64,000 nt of DNA from Vicugna vicugna (GCA_013265495.1 MU058259.1:266437-330436), one strand, 5' to 3'; counted from the stretch's first letter, positions 39,301-54,330 are shown. The notes: a model not told the origin generated them from the letters alone. Translations and numbers: made by a program.

Positions 39301-42149
39301 AGAATCCTGATGTCCAGATCAAAATAGTTTAGTTAAATCGAAACCTCTGCAAGTGGGGTCTTGGGAAATGAGTAGTATTTTTTAAACTTCTAGGGTGGTT
39401 TTAATGTGCACCGAGGGTTCAGAAACCACTGGGCTGGGGGAAAACCCCTAAGCAGGGCTAGAAAGAGAGACTGAGACCATGCAGAGTTCTTGCAGGGGTC
39501 AGGTCCTTTGCCAGCAGAGCACAGCAGTTAAAGGCGTGGACTCTGGAGCAATAAGGCCCTTCCTGGGTTCAAATCCTTCTTTGTGCCACTTCCCAGCTGT
39601 GTGATGGGCAAGGTACTTAACCGCTCTTTGCCTCCATTTCTTTACAATGGGGATGATAATAATAGTAACTATGCACAGGGTATTTGTGAGGATTAAATGA
39701 GTTAAAATGTAAAGTGCTTATTATAGTGCTTGGCACATAGTCAGTGCTATGGAAATGTTTTTTTATTTAAATACACATTTTATTCTTTCAGATAGGCGAT
39801 CATGGAAGATTTCTTACTTTCCTATTCTCCTACCCCATCCTTGGTGCCAGGTTCTTGGGCAGCAATCACACCTCTGATTAGGCGCTCAATAAATGTTTGA
39901 GGAATGCATGACTGAATGGTTACAATGCCCCCTTGTGTATTCAGTGGGAAGGAATAACAAAACATACAGTCGGTTCTCGATACTTGTATGGGTAGTGGGA
40001 CCAACTACTCCGGTTTGCCCAGGAAAGAGGTTTCCCTAGACATGTGACTAACAGTGCTAAAACTAGTGAAGTCCCAGGAAAACTGAAACAAGTTGGTCGT
40101 CCCAAGTATGGGCACCATCCAAATGTCCATTTCTTCAAAATATTGTTTCCAAAAGCACAATGAGAGGCTCCCAAGGCTAACTCATTTATGTGCACACAGC
40201 AAAGGCAATGGCAATTTGCTTCCTGGCTGTGGTGTGTGTTTGTGTGCATACACGTGCGCCCGCCTGCTTACACGTGTATACCAACAATAATAGTAGCTGG
40301 AATGTAATAGCAGAATGACACATGATATGTGCTGTGGTGAGCAGTTTGCATGCTTAACAGGGAGCATCAGATGGCCTAGTTCAAATACTGGTTATGCCAC
40401 TTAATGGTTTTGTGATGTTGGGTATGTTTCTTAGCCTCTCTGTGCCTCAATTTCTCCATCTGCAAAATGAGATAATAATAGTACTCACCTTTCAGAGTTG
40501 TTAGAAGAATAGATGCATTTATACATGTGAAGCATTTAGCAGAATGCTGGGCACTTAATACATTTGACTGATGTTAGAGATTATTATTATTATTGTGATT
40601 ACTATTAACACTGCCAGGCATTCTGCACCCCTCCTTTTCTCACCTCCCAATCTCTACCTTTGCCATGAGCCCTCTGCATCCTGCCTTCTGTTTCCTCTCC
40701 CTGCTGTCTCCCTCCCCCACCAGAGGGGCCATCAACAATTTTACCCTGTTTAGATGGACAGAGCCCCCAGCCCACCCTCAGACACACAAACTGAACACAG
40801 CCTTATGTTTTATGCCACTACAGCATTATGAATCTGTGTTGAACTGCATTAAATGAAGATAGAAAACCAATACACCTATTTTTCTCCTTTGATTGGTAGA
40901 ACAGAGCCAAGAGCTAGATGGCAGTGGATGCGAATCTCAGCAAATATGTGGTAAGTTCTGTCCCTACAACCTTAAAGACGAGATGGAGAATCATAAGCCA
41001 ATCACTGTTAAAACTAAATTATTATATTTAAAGAATAAGCAAGAGTGCTAAATAATATAGGTTTCTGGTGGAGCAGTAAGATGTTTCTTAAATCTTATCC
41101 CATTCACTATTTCTCACCCATGATTTAGATGAAAGTATAGAAGCCACACGTCAGATATGCAGGCGATTACAAAAATAACAAATACTTTTAATGGAGAGTA
41201 GGGATGCAAAAATACCAGGACCCTTGAAGCAATGGGTGAAATAGAATCAGATGAAGTTAACATGGATAAATGTAAATCTTGTGTGAGAGTCCAAATAAAA
41301 CCCCACTTGAACATGTATAAATTAATATATCTTATATATTATTGCATTACATATCATGTAATTAATGTATTGATTTGAGTTATATATTATTATATTTACA
41401 TATTATATATAATTATATAATGAATAATATAATGGCATATATTACTATGTATATGTAGCTTACAATTTTGCATATCCTTTAGACCCAGAAATTCTACTTC
41501 TAGGAGTTTATCCTAAAGAAAAATTATACGTATGTGTGGGTGAAGGGAATGGTAAAGAGAGCCTTGAAATAAAGTTTAAGAACTAATAATAATATTTAAA
41601 AATTGGAGAGCAACTTAAATATATGTCAGTGGGGATTGATAACACAATTATGGTAAATGTAAACAAAAGAAAACGAGGCAATTCTTAAAAATTGTTCTGT
41701 CCAACAGTATTTCTCACACTGGCATCTGAAAACCTTACACATTAGAATTTGCTGGGATACTGGTTAAGCATACAGGTTCCTATGCCCTTCCCAGAATACT
41801 GAATGAGCATATCTGGGGAAGGATCTAGGGAAATATATTTTTAACAAATACCCTCAGATAATTATGATACAGACTTAAAATTTGAGAATTACCACATAAA
41901 AGAACATTTAATGGCATAGGAAATTGTTCATGATATAAGTGACAAAACAAGTTCCAATACAAGAGGATCTGTTTTATGTAAAAATATTTACTTGTGTAGA
42001 AGAAATTATGGAAGGATAAAAGCCAAAATGATAACTGTGGTTAATTTGATGTTGTATGGCTTTAATAGAAAGATGGTATGCAGATGGATAGTTCCATTTT
42101 ATTCTTTACTTGTCATATAATACTTAGAATATTCCATTTGAAGAGATAA

Positions 42150-42790
42150 AATCTATTTAAATTAAAGTAGATTGAATGTAAGGATGATGGAGAGGAGGAA
42201 TCAAAGATGGATCCAAAGTTTGGAAGAATGGTGATGCATTATGGAAGTCACAAAGAGAAGCTGGTTTAGAGAAGAAAAATGAGTTGGTTTTGATCATGGC
42301 GGGTTTGAGGTACTGGTGGCATATCCAGCAGGAAATAACCAAAAGGAAGCTGGGATTCTGATTCTAGAATTCAAGAAATTGAATGGGGCTAGAGCTGTAG
42401 ATTTTAAGACAGTAGAAGTTTTAGGAATTAATCCACTCCTAAAGGAGGAAGATTAAATAGAGATAGAAGAGAAGTGGCTAAGATCAGCTCCCTAGAGAAT
42501 GCCTTTGATTAGTGGAAAGGAAGGGAAGAAAAGCCAGTAAAAGAATTAAAGAGGACATGGTCAGAAAGGTAGAGGATGAACCAGTAAGATCCAATGTCAC
42601 CAACCATCCCTCAGGGGAAAGAGTTTCGAGGAGGAGGAAAAGGTCAAAGAGGACTAAGACAAAGAGTTGTCCCCTGGACGGGACAAATAGGTCAGTGGGG
42701 ACCTTCTGCAGAGTTGTTTTGGAGAGCAATGGCGTCTATAGGCGGGTGGCAAGGAATTAAGGAACAGTCAAGTGGTGACGAAGGCCAGGG
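42150..42790 (-). mobile_element. LINE-2 fragment
   Basis: gagaggaggaatcaaagatggatccaaagttt, ggtttgaggtactggtggcatatccag, gggctagagctgtagatttt. Confidence 0.7.
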
Positions 42791-42999
42791 GCTGATGCAG
42801 TCATTGCTGCATTTTTAGGACACTTAGTGGCCTCCCTCATTGTGGAGAAATGACTCCATGGTTTTCATACTCCTTTCGAGATGAGGCTGGGACAATTTCC
42901 CCCAGCATTCTTTCTCCCAGAAAAACTGAACTGGAATTTGGGTTGTCCGTCTTTTCATGGAACTTTCAGTCACTCTGTGCAGTATAATTTTTTGAGCAG

Positions 43000-43693
43000 T
43001 AATTTATATTTTCCCTCCCTGAATTTTTCCCTTTCTTCCCTCACTCTTCTTTATTTTCCTGGTAAAGGTTTGGGGCTGAGCAAGGAGTAGAAGTTACTTA
43101 CATTTTCCTTTCTGGCTTTTGTTCCTAAAAACCTGGGTCCCTCCAGAGAGTTGTAATGGTGTCCTAGAGTATAGGGCAAGAGAGAGATCTTGGAGGAGAA
43201 CAAGTAAGATTTCCCTAAGACTAAAAAGAAATTCTTCTGGCTTGGAACAGGAAAGATGTCTGAGAGCCTGGCGAGCCACAGGTTTCTATATTCTTCATCC
43301 TGACAGTACCAGGAGAGGAGGCCAATTTTAGACAATAGAGCTGAGGGAATGAGGACCAGGGCTAGGCGAATCCCTGTCCAGCCAGGGATTCCCCAGCCCT
43401 CAGCACAGCCAAGGACCAGCTGTCTGGGGAGCTGAAGGGGCCTCGTGGACTGAGTCTGTGGCATCTTGATGATACCACTGTACCTCCCTGAGATCCAGAA
43501 GGTCACCTTGATGTCTTAGCACTGCCTGAGACCTAGAACCTTGGTACCCCAAAAGCATGGGAGAGAGCACTCAAGAATGTCTGGGATTGAATTTCCTGCT
43601 TGGCCGGATGGGGCTGGTCTATTTACAGAAAATAAAGACATGCAGTGTTTCTTGCCCACCTGAGTTTGTGCATGGAGATTTATGTCTGCTACA
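43000..43693 (+). mobile_element. Ancient Gypsy-type LTR (MamGypLTR-like); 5' boundary uncertain
   Basis: 3' end gattgaatttcctgc...aataaagacatgcagtgtttcttgcccacctgagtttgtg...gctaca resembles recalled mammalian Gypsy LTR ends. Confidence 0.45.
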
Positions 43694-46600
43694 CTGGAAG
43701 AAATCAGGTTCATATTCACAAGCAAGTTGAGTGCTTTCTTTACATGGGAAGAAAACCAAGATGTTGGAGTGGGGATCTCCAGATGATGTGAAACTGGTAT
43801 GTAGGTAGCTGTCAGTTTGGTAGGATGTGTGAAGGAGGATAGAAAACAGTGACTGCACTGTCAGAGAAAATGAATTCCAGTCCATCTCTGCTTGCACATC
43901 TTATAACTTTGGCCATAGTTCAACCCCCCGGCCTCAGTTTCCTTATACGCAAAATTAAAGCATTAGCTTAAGTGAGCGCTAAGGCTCCTCCCACATTCTG
44001 AGACCGTTTGGCTTGACTCTCCCCTTTCTCATGGCAAACTGAATTTCTTATCTCTGAGAAATGAGGTGAATTAATCAGCCCTATTGCTGCTGAGCTGCAG
44101 TCAACTGAGCCTGGCACACATGAAAAAAGCACCAAACTGGGACAGCTTGCATTACTGAGGAGACTACAAGTGTGTATTTTAATTTCCAGGATTTCAGATA
44201 TGGTGTATGAGACTCTGCACATTTAGTTGAAGGGGGACAAAAGGTGATTAAACTACTAAGTTTGCTCTTTAAGGCTGGCCCATCCAGTGAAGATGGGTTT
44301 GTATCCTGGTCTCAGAAGGCTAATTTATCACTCCGGAGAGCAATTTCTCATTAACACAGCGTCAGTACTGCTGGGGATTGGCTAGACTACCTTTGGAAGA
44401 GGTTAAATTACCTTTTAATCAGTGTATGGAAAAACAAAGCTTCTGTTCCATCATGGCATTACCAGCCTTGCTAATTTGACATCTTATAAAAACTAAGGCA
44501 GTTCTAACTATACCAGTGTGATATGGCCAGGATTATTTCCAGAGAGGCAGAAGACAGGAAAGGAGGGTTCCTGCAGCTGCTATCCAAACTGGCATAATTG
44601 ATGTGGGTGCAGTGGGTTATAGCTAATGGTCTGTGTTTAATTATGGAGGCAGTGACACAAGGCCTTGAGGATGCTAAGGCACTAACCAGATGATGTACCA
44701 CTTTCTCAGTATAAGCTTGCTGAATAGGGTCAGTACAGTGACGAAGTGGTCTAAGTTCCACGTTTCTCCTGGGATTTGGGCTTGGTCCCCGAGAGGCACA
44801 GGGCTATATTCATAAGATGTATCCAAATTCACACTGACAGGGTCTCCTGGGAAAATAGTCACACACAGGCCCCATATGAAGGTGCTTTAAAATCCACTGC
44901 TCTAGGAATTCATACCCCATTTAAATCAGGATCATTTGCATTGACACATTGATTTGTATATAAACCTCATCAGCCACAGTGGAAAGATGGGACTTTTCAT
45001 CTCTTCGCATTCCTCAGAGCAATAAAAACGACAAACCAACAATTCTTTATCCACTACCTTGAAAAAATAATGACAATAATTCTTGTCACACTGCATATCC
45101 TTTATCAACTTTTAGCAATAGAACCTTCAGGTTTTAGCTGGACACATGGCTGCCCAGCTAGAGAGTACATTTCTCAGCCTCTATGGCAGCAAAGTGAGAC
45201 CATGTGATTCAGTTTTAACCAATAAGAAGGAGCAGAAGTGATGTGTGTAACATCTGAGTTATGCTCATAAAGGAACTGCTCATCCTTCACTTATTCTTTT
45301 CTCCTTCTTGTGGGTGGTAATGAGTTTGTGATGGGTAGTGATTCAGTTTCAGTCTTGAAGATAAGAAAGATACCTGTTGGGATAATGGAACAGTAACAGA
45401 AAAGGGACTTGAGTCTCTAGATGATCTTGGGAAGCACCGTCATCCTACCTCCATCAACTGCCCACAAACTGGGACTTTGATAGAGAACCACATCTTCCAT
45501 CTTGTTTAAGCTGCTGCTATTTTGGTCTCTGTTACAATAAATGTGGTGATTTACATGGGCAAAGCACCTACAGTTTGCGAAGTGCTTTCTTTTATATATT
45601 TTATCTCTTAGCTTCACAAAGACAAGCAGGTGAAGTAGACAGGTTGGGGAGTGATCAGAGTATCTACTTGATGAGGGGGAAAACTGAGGCTCAGAGAAGC
45701 CGTACCTTTTGTCCTCAGTTATGTACCTATGCAGATACGGAGCTGCATCTTAAACCCAGGTATTCTCACTCCTACCCTAGTGTTCCTTTAACTGTAGTAT
45801 TGCTTCTTGGTCCTTGAAAACCTCAACACATAGTCCTGCATGTGCATGAGAGGGAAATCTCCTTTCATCGAAACTCTTGTTGTTTTGATGGCTTAAGCAT
45901 CCCCGTATAGCTCTTCTCCTCTCCTTTCCACCTCCTGCAGACCATCCTCTCAACAACAAAAAAAGCAAAGCCCCATAAAGCTGGGTTTTTAAAAATGGTT
46001 GATGATTTGCTTAATATGAGAACTGCCAAGGTTTGGAGGGGGGTAGTGGGAGTTGTAGTGGGAGGAGTATTTTATCAATGACATTGTTAAGAATTGTCAG
46101 CACATGGAGTAATAAAAAGCAGAACAACTTTTAGTCAGTTTTATTATTGTTTTAAAATTCTCTACAGACAATTATCTGTACCCCAGTTTTGCCTGTGCCT
46201 TGCATAGACCACTTCTGCCATCCCCTCAATAGTATGCCACAAAATAATAGTAATGAATGAAAGCAAAATCATAAAATGCAAAATCCAATTGACTCTTGTC
46301 TTGCTCTCTTTGACGTGTATACATGTCCCGGAAATGGTTGGGGTTTTTGTTCCAATTGTCACCTATTACATTTAGAAGAGCTTCTGTAAAGAAAAGGAAA
46401 GCTTGTCTGTTTCCTTGGATTTTTCCTACCCTCTTATCTCCATAGTTACAAAAGTTGGTTCTGTGCATTTTTTAAAAAGTTGGCATCTTGCCCAACTCAA
46501 ATTGATTATAAAGATTGGGAGGGACAGTTGAGATCTGCAGCTTGATTCTCCAGTAAGTTGGCTGTTTAGAAAGATAGCATTGACAGCTGAGACAGCCTGC

Positions 46601-46744
46601 AGATGGGAAGGCAAGTCTGGAGATTCCCTTGTTTATTACGGAGCTGCTGAATGACTCACTAGGTTGGGCTCTTCCTTGAAAAGGTAAGTGCCAAAGTGCC
46701 TGGGAGAAATCAGTGAAAAGATTCTTTCCTCAAAGGCTTTACAG

Positions 46745-47039
46745 TAGGGTTACTAGATTAAAGACAAGAAACCAGTTAAATATGCATTTCAGATAAACAG
46801 CAAGTACTTTTTTTAGTGTAAGTGTGTCCCCTAATATTTTATGGGATATACTTACCCTGAAAACATAGATGCTCAGTTATACTTGCATTTCAGATAAACA
46901 AGAATAATTTTTTTAGTATAAGTATGTCCCAAGAAATATTTGGGATATGCTTATATTTTAACATTATTTCTCATTTATCTGAAATGCAGATTTTTAACAT
47001 GGCATCCTATACTTTTAATTGCTAAATCTGGCAGCCCTA
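46745..47039. mobile_element. MER53 palindromic MITE with internal duplication
   Basis: Ends tagggttactaga / tctggcagcccta; catttcagataaaca...taagt.tgtccc...tgggata occurs twice. Confidence 0.8.
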
Positions 47040-47399
47040 CTTAAAGAAATCTAGCAAGATTTTATGAAATGTTCTCTGTCAATTCAGGACTAGCTAACAT
47101 TGTTTTTCTCAAAGGATTATGTAGGCTCTTGGTTTTATTTACTGGTTGGTTGGGGACATACAGGGGAGAAGGTCAAGGGGAAAGAGACTGGACTGGAAGA
47201 CAGGAGACTGGAGCCCGAGTCTTGTTCTGCCAGTAAACAGCTGTGTGAAGTTGAACAAGGCACTTCACCTGTCTGAGCCTTAGTGTCCTAAAAGGAGAGG
47301 ATTGAATAGTCCCTCTAAGGATAAAATGATTCCATAGTCCCATGTCATTCTCCATGTTACAAATATCATGATGGAATTATTTTCCCTAGAGATGATCTA

Positions 47400-47702
47400 G
47401 GTTGGTTCTGTCCAATAGAAACAAAATGCAAGTCACATGTGTAATTTTAGATTTTCTAGTGGTCACATTATAAAAGCAAAAGATGAAGTTAATTTTACTA
47501 ATATATTTTAGTTAAGCAATTATATTAAAATATCATTTACTATGTAATCAATATAAAATTATTAATGAGATAATTTACATCATCTCATTAATATAATGTA
47601 CTAAGGTCCTCAAAATCTGGTGTGAATCCTTAAAGCACATCTCAGTTTTGACTGGCCACATTTAAGGTACCAGTAGCCACATGTGGCTGTTGTACAGCAC
47701 AG
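47400..47702. mobile_element. MER33-type hAT MITE
   Basis: ctgtccaatagaaacaaaatgcaagtcacatgtgtaatttt...tagccacatgtggct. Confidence 0.75.
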
Positions 47703-47853
47703 GTATAGGCTAAATAAATAACTAGATAGATAACTAGATAAATAAATAAATTTTAGCCAGTTAGACAAATTCGGAAATGAGCCGTCTGTAGCAGGTTATG
47801 GAGAGAAATTAGGCTATTGGGGAATGTGTTCATAGGCTTTTAAAAATTAATGT

Positions 47854-48238
47854 ACAGTTGATACTTACTATTCATGAATTCCATATTTGTGAGTTAACCT
47901 ACTTGCTAAAATTTTTTTGTGACCCTAGGTGAATACTTTTGTGGTCATTTGTGAACATGGCATGTGCACAGCATGAAAAGTCTGAGTTGTTCAATGCGTA
48001 CGTTCCCAGCTGAGGGTGAACAAGACGAAGCAGTGCCTTCTTGTATCGGCTCTCATACTGCAAACAAGTGTCCTTTTTGTGGTCTGTTTACTGCCACATT
48101 TTTCGCATCTTTGTGCCTTTTGTGAGTGATTTCGCTGTTTCAGGCGGCCTCCAAGCATAGTGCTGAGTGCTGTCTAATGCTCCTAAGTGCATGAAGGCTG
48201 TGATGTGACCTATGGAGAAAATACGTGTGTTAGATAAA
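47854..48238 (+). mobile_element. Tigger-type DNA transposon fragment (MER82-like), followed by an old L1 fragment to ~48620
   Basis: ta|cagttga start; gttcccagctgagg, tagtgctgagtgctgtctaatgctcctaag, ggagaaaatacgtgtgttagataa. Confidence 0.7.
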
Positions 48239-50260
48239 CCTGCCATTTCTCCAAGGAGCCCTAGTTCCTTTTATTAGAGAATGTGTTAGAAACCAAGATC
48301 TGGATATTAAGCTTGTTTGTTGTTACTGGGACGTTATTCCTTTTAGTCCCTCTCAGTTGACAGAGTAAACAAATACATGTGTGTATACTAACCCATGCAT
48401 ACATACATATAAATATTTTTTATATATCCGTATGTATTTATATTAAGCTAAACATGAGTTCATACCGATGTCTCCAACTAATCCATTACCACCTGGATCC
48501 TTCTAGCCTTCTCGCCTTGCTGATCTGTAAATTTCCACTCCAGCAGTGAGAACCTGGGTCCCACCATCTGCCATCCATTTACTCAATTGTTCAATTCCAG
48601 TGAACATGTATAGAAGTTCTAGCTGTACATGAATATCATAGGCTTTTATAAAATGAATTTATTTCCATTATAAAAGTAATAGATGTTTAACAAAGAAAAT
48701 GTAAAACTAGATACAAATTGGGAAGGAGCATCAAAAATAGGCCTCATCAGCCAAGTACAACCTTTGCTGATATATAGCGTTCTTTCCTTTCTCAGTGGCC
48801 CTTTAATCCAGCCAAACTCTCCCCACACCCTCTAAAGCTGTTCTCTGCTGATGTTGTCAAGTGTCCATAGGCTGTCACTTGCTACTGAAATGAGAAGAGA
48901 GCTAGCTTTCCGTGCAGCGGGCACAGGGATCCTGGGAGAATTCATGATCCTAGATGGTTTAACCATAAAGTGAGCACAAAATAAGAAAAAAGTTAATGTG
49001 GCAGGTAGAACAAATAAATAGGGGAAGTGAGGAGGTGGGATGGTTTATCCACAGGCACCGATTTAGTTAAGCAACATATAAAAACTTCTTGATGTTTTAG
49101 AACAAAATAAAACAAAACAAAACACCAGATGCTCTCTAAGTCCATGGCCTTGTGCATGACACTTGACCACTCTGGGGTTTAGTTTATGCAAAATGGTGAT
49201 GTGAGCCCAATTGTTTCAAAAGTGTCTTCTCTGATCCTATGACCTATGAACCATTGAATGGTAACGAGCACTTCCAGAACCCTCAGCAAAGCCTCCTGTT
49301 ATGTATCTCAATACGGCTGAAAGTTACACAGATGAGTTTACTTTGTAAAAATTCACTGAGCTGTATACTTATGATTTGTGCACTTGTCTTTATGTTTGTT
49401 ATTCTTCAATTTAAAAAGTTTACAAAAGGAAAAAAGGCATGTCACCTTATCCGCCCCTCTTCAAACAGGGAACCTTACATAGTTTTCAAAGTCCAAGAGT
49501 CACAGAAATGGCAGAGCCCAGAGAAGGCAGCCATGAAGCCATGAGCTAGCAATGAAGAGGCCCCACAACTCCATCCCAGCTCCCACAAGACAACCTGTCC
49601 TTCCAGGTGTAAGCATAAGATCCAGATCACTGTGACCTTTACTTAATCTCTCAGTTCCCCCATCCATACAACAAAGATAATAATAACAATGCCTATTTCT
49701 TAGCATTTTGTGGAGATTAAATAAGTGAATACATATAAAGTGCTTGGAATAGTACCTTCCACCTACTAAGTGCTCAGTAAACATTTGTTAAATCGATGAT
49801 GAAGATGATGATAATTTTCACATATGTTCTTAAGCCCACAAGGCCCAAGGCCACCAGAGTGACTCTCTGTTACTTTCAAACAAGAGTCTAGTTCTTTTAA
49901 CTGATATTTTAATTCCAAAGTGTGGGGATTAATATTAATTCCATTCTGGCGTTACTTCCACTCACAACTCTTCTTCCAAACATGCACCAGTGTCCTCTCT
50001 CGAGGCTGTCCTCTGAAATGGTTGACTGCTTAGTGTCGTGGCTGTTAGTGGCTTCACCATCATATGAAGGCAGCCTGTGGACGTTTTAGGCACTAGAGGA
50101 CTTCTGGAAAGCTGGAAGCACAGGGACCTTGCAGCAGGGCTGATCTGAGCAGTGAAGAGGGAAGATACGCTAGGTATATGGATGTGAACCTGGCATGCAA
50201 AAATAACTTTTAAGATAAATGGTAAACTGGAAATGTGTGCTCAACTGATAGCAGCATTCT

Positions 50261-50737
50261 TTTTTAACTGAAGTATAATTGACTTACAATATTATATTCA
50301 GGTATATAGCACAGTGTTTTGATATTTTTACACATTACAAAATAGTCACCATGATAAGTCTAAATACCATCAGTTGCTATACGAAGTTATTACAACATTA
50401 TTGACCATATTCCCTGTGCTGTACATTATATACCCATTCCTTATTTATGTTATAACTCCAAGTTTGTACCTCCTAATCTCCCTCAGCTATTTCACTCGTG
50501 CCCCCAACCCCTCCTCTCTGGCAACCACCTGATTGTTCTCTGTACCAAAGACTCTGTTTCAGTTTTGTTATGTTTGTTTATTTGTTTTGTTTTTTAGATT
50601 CCACATATGAATGAAGTCATATGATATTTATCTTTCTCCATCTGACTTATTTCACCTAGCATAATACCCTCTTGGTCAATCCATGGTGTCCTAAATGACA
50701 AGAACTCATTCTTTTTATGGCTGAATAGTATTCCAGT

Positions 50738-50775
<38 letters not shown>

Positions 50776-50880
50776 AAGAGAGAAAACATCTTCTTTATCC
50801 ACTCATCTATTGATGGACACTTAGATTGCTTCCATACTTGGCTATTGTAAGTAATGCTGCAGTGAACATAGGGGTACATG
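50261..50880 (-). mobile_element. L1 3' end containing a (TG)n(AG)n microsatellite (~50737-50783)
   Basis: ORF track YVHCSITYNSQVWKQSKCPSIDEWIKKM (ORF2 end); tgaagtataattgacttacaat 3' terminus; degenerate TSD tgatagcagcattct / tgatacagtatcct. Confidence 0.85.
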
Positions 50881-52739
50881 TGATACAGTATCCTAACATA
50901 CGTCCTCCTCAACTGAAACCCTGATATCTTGAAGCCTTCCAAAACGCTAAGTTGCCAGGACCTCTAGGAGAAGGTAATTGTCTTAGCTTGGGTTCCTCCC
51001 AAAATAGGGACTCTAAAACGGAGCTGTTTGGAGAGTTGGTTCGAGGAAACACAGTAGGGGAGCAGGAAAGTGAAACAGGAAGGGAAGGCTGCCAATAAAG
51101 AATGTGATATCAAGCCAATTATTACTGTGGGCTACTGGCATTAATAACCCAGCACTCCTGGCCTGCCACATGGGAGAGCAATGCAGACTTCAGGGGCCAG
51201 AAAAGGCAAAGAAATGCAGATTCTGGCAAATAGAAGTGGCAGGCTGGAATGCACTGAAGTGGCAAGGACAAGGGAACACAGGCCAAACCCTGACTGTGTC
51301 TGTTACAGTAACCCAGGCATCATTGGAAGTTGTGGCTACGTCTGCACTTCTGGGGATCAGGTGGTTGTCTTACAAGCCATACTGACAAGCTGTGATCTGT
51401 CATTTTGCAAATCATTTGAGTTGAGACAAATGTGATGGTTCTCCTTAAATGGTAATTGCATTTTCCTGGAAATCAACACAGGTTTGTTTATATGCCACTT
51501 GGATGTTGCAGCACATAGCACATGCAGATCTTGAACATCTTGAAAAAGCAGTACAGGGACCCAGCACAAGTCTGTTCACAGACCTGCCCAGAGGACACCA
51601 CATGGCATGTTATTTCCTCCTCTCAACTGCATGTCACCAACAAAGGAACCCTACATGTTAGAAATGGTGCTGTTCAGAGATCTCGCAGCAGGCTACAGAC
51701 GTGAGATTTCTGTCAGTGGCAGGTCTGGCATCCTTTCTGCAGTGTGTCAGTGGCATGGATGAATACTCAGGATGGGGAAGGTTGCTATTTTAATTTACAT
51801 GCTATTGCTACTGTTTTGGCTGGCTTACCCAGAATGCCCCAGATACCTATTTGAATGGGAAGTGTTCCATATTTGCAAGACAGACCATCTTGTGGAAATT
51901 GGTGTTTTGTCACTCTCTTGAACAGTGTGAAGTTAGGAAAATGGCTTGTGTGTCTTGTTTGTGTTATAGAATTCTAGCATTTTTTCCTCCCTGTCTTTCT
52001 TTCTCAAGGGAGCTGAGAAAAGCCAAAAGGATCCTTTTTACCATTTTTTCAGAACCATCTAGCATGAAAAATACAACCTTCTGTTACACCTTAATTATTG
52101 TTTGCAAAAAGTAGGAGTAGTTTCATGCCATGATTTCTATATATTACTAAAATTGCTTGGCAGAAATTTGAAAGCTATCAGAAATCATTTTTGTTTTTGA
52201 AAATTTCTTCTTTTTATTTTTCTCTTGCAATAGTGGTAAATTAAACAAAAGTGATCCTTTGTCCAAGGCCCAATATGATGGTCTGATTTACTTGAGATAT
52301 TTATTCTTAGAAGCCATATAATTTCCTTTATATTCTAACTATTTTTGTATCATATTTCTATGAATTATTGAATTAACACATTATTCTTCATTTTGATATA
52401 TGAATTTTGCTTATAGAACACTCATATTGCCATATATAATATATTTGCATATTTAAAATAATGAAAAGAAGCATTCAAAATTCCAACAAGAGTCTCATAT
52501 AATTGCAGTGATGTAATAAAATATAATGCAATGAAAATGCAGTTTATCCCAAGGAAATGTTTGGCCGAATGCAAATGTCACTGTTTTCTGACCCTAATTC
52601 TCAAGCTACTATCTGACATTTACATTGTGTATCATTAAGAGCATACACAAGTGTATCATGTCTTTGGGGGACTAATTTTACATAAATTAGGTGTCTCTAT
52701 GATTTCTTTGTATGATGGAGTATTCAGTGTATATTAGGA

Positions 52740-54330
52740 ATGTCATGTAGATCATCCTTCCACAGCCCCCTGCCCGCCCAACACCCATCACAAGAATGCT
52801 GGAAGTAAACTAGAATAAAGAGATTTAAGAGTTTTTCTGAGTCACTCTGAAAAAAATCAACAGCAGTTATTTCCAACAGTAAGACAAAGACCTCCCTCCT
52901 ATTACTAACTCATAGTAACGCTGAAAAAACACATCACCAGAATTTAAATAAATACATGAGCTCAAAAAAGGATAAAGGGCAATCCCCAAATGCCGGACAG
53001 GAAGAAAGGAACCATAGTCAGAGCAGTAAGGCCAAACAGGTACCACAGTGGACTATGAAGATTTCACACCCAGGTATGGGCCCCACAGGTGAGGACCTCT
53101 GTGGTACATGAAATGAGGCTCCAGACCTTGACAATGCAGGGGAGCTGCCATCTCAGGCAGTTGTTACATCCACGTTCTAAAAGGCAACTGGGAAGCTTGC
53201 TAGGGAAGCCACCCCAGCCCAGGGAAATTACGAGGAGGTTGGCATCTGGGCCCTTGGGTGGAAAGAAGTCATCTGCAGGAAATGAAAAATCCAGAACTGT
53301 GCCCTACTCTATGCTGAGTTTATATTCACTGTACCTGTGTGGCACAGGAAACCCAAGCCAAACAACTAACATCAAAATGTATCTAGAACCTTTGAAACCT
53401 GCAGAATTCCCAATTGAAACAAAAGTAAAACCACTCCACAGATACTTTCTCAAAACTAGTGATTCACAGGACTCCAGGAAAAAAAAACATGCTAAAGAGA
53501 AACTCACAATAAAACATTATGAATGTATATAAAACAATGCACCGATTGTGAGGGACAGTTAGAAAGCTCAGCAAACAAGAGAATTAGCACCCCAAATTGG
53601 ATATAGTAGAGTAATCTTAAAGACACTCTAACATAAGTATATTTTACATAGTTAAAGGCTTAAAAGCAAGAAACCAAAATGAAACCCAAAATAACATTTA
53701 AAAAAAAGCCCAGAGACACTTGAATGAGAACCAGAGTTTCTAGTAATGAAAGATAGAGGCATGGAAATTAGTCAACAAGTTAAATAGTAGTCTAGACAAT
53801 GGTGAAAAGAAAATTAGTGAACTAAATGATGTACATGAGGAAATTACCCAAAATGTGGCACACAGTTGGAGATTGGGGGGAGCGGGTAGAGAGAGGAGAG
53901 AGAGAAGAGAGATACAAATGAACTATGAGAGTAATTTAGAGGAAGTTCCAGTGTATGTCTAATCTGATCTTCAGGATGGAAAATTAAAGAGAAATGGGAG
54001 AGAAGCAAGCAATATCCCAAAAGGTAATGGCAGAAAATTTTCTAGAACAAAAAAAGACATGAGTTTTTAGACTAAAAGCATACCATGTCCCAAGTAAGAT
54101 AAACTAAAATAAATCCACACATAGAAAAAATGTAAAACTAACAGAGTATTCCAGCAGAGGAGAAAATGTCAAAAGAAACCAGAGAGTAGGGAAAATAACC
54201 CCAAATAGCCTGCACAAGAATCATACAAGTTATAATCCAGTCATGCGACCAAACCTAACTGCAAAAGATGCTGTGTGTTCGAGAAGACAAGAACGTGACT
54301 TTTGGAGATCAGATATCATCTCTACCACAT
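52740..54330 (+). mobile_element. Ancient degenerate L1 5'/ORF1 region
   Basis: A-rich plus strand; aaatagtagtctagacaatggtgaaaagaaaattagtgaact, taatggcagaaaattttctagaa. Confidence 0.6.

Noticed and set aside
40251..40276. Two CACGTG E-boxes 20 bp apart
   Set aside because: They sit in a decayed (TG)/(CA) microsatellite-like tract where this motif arises easily.
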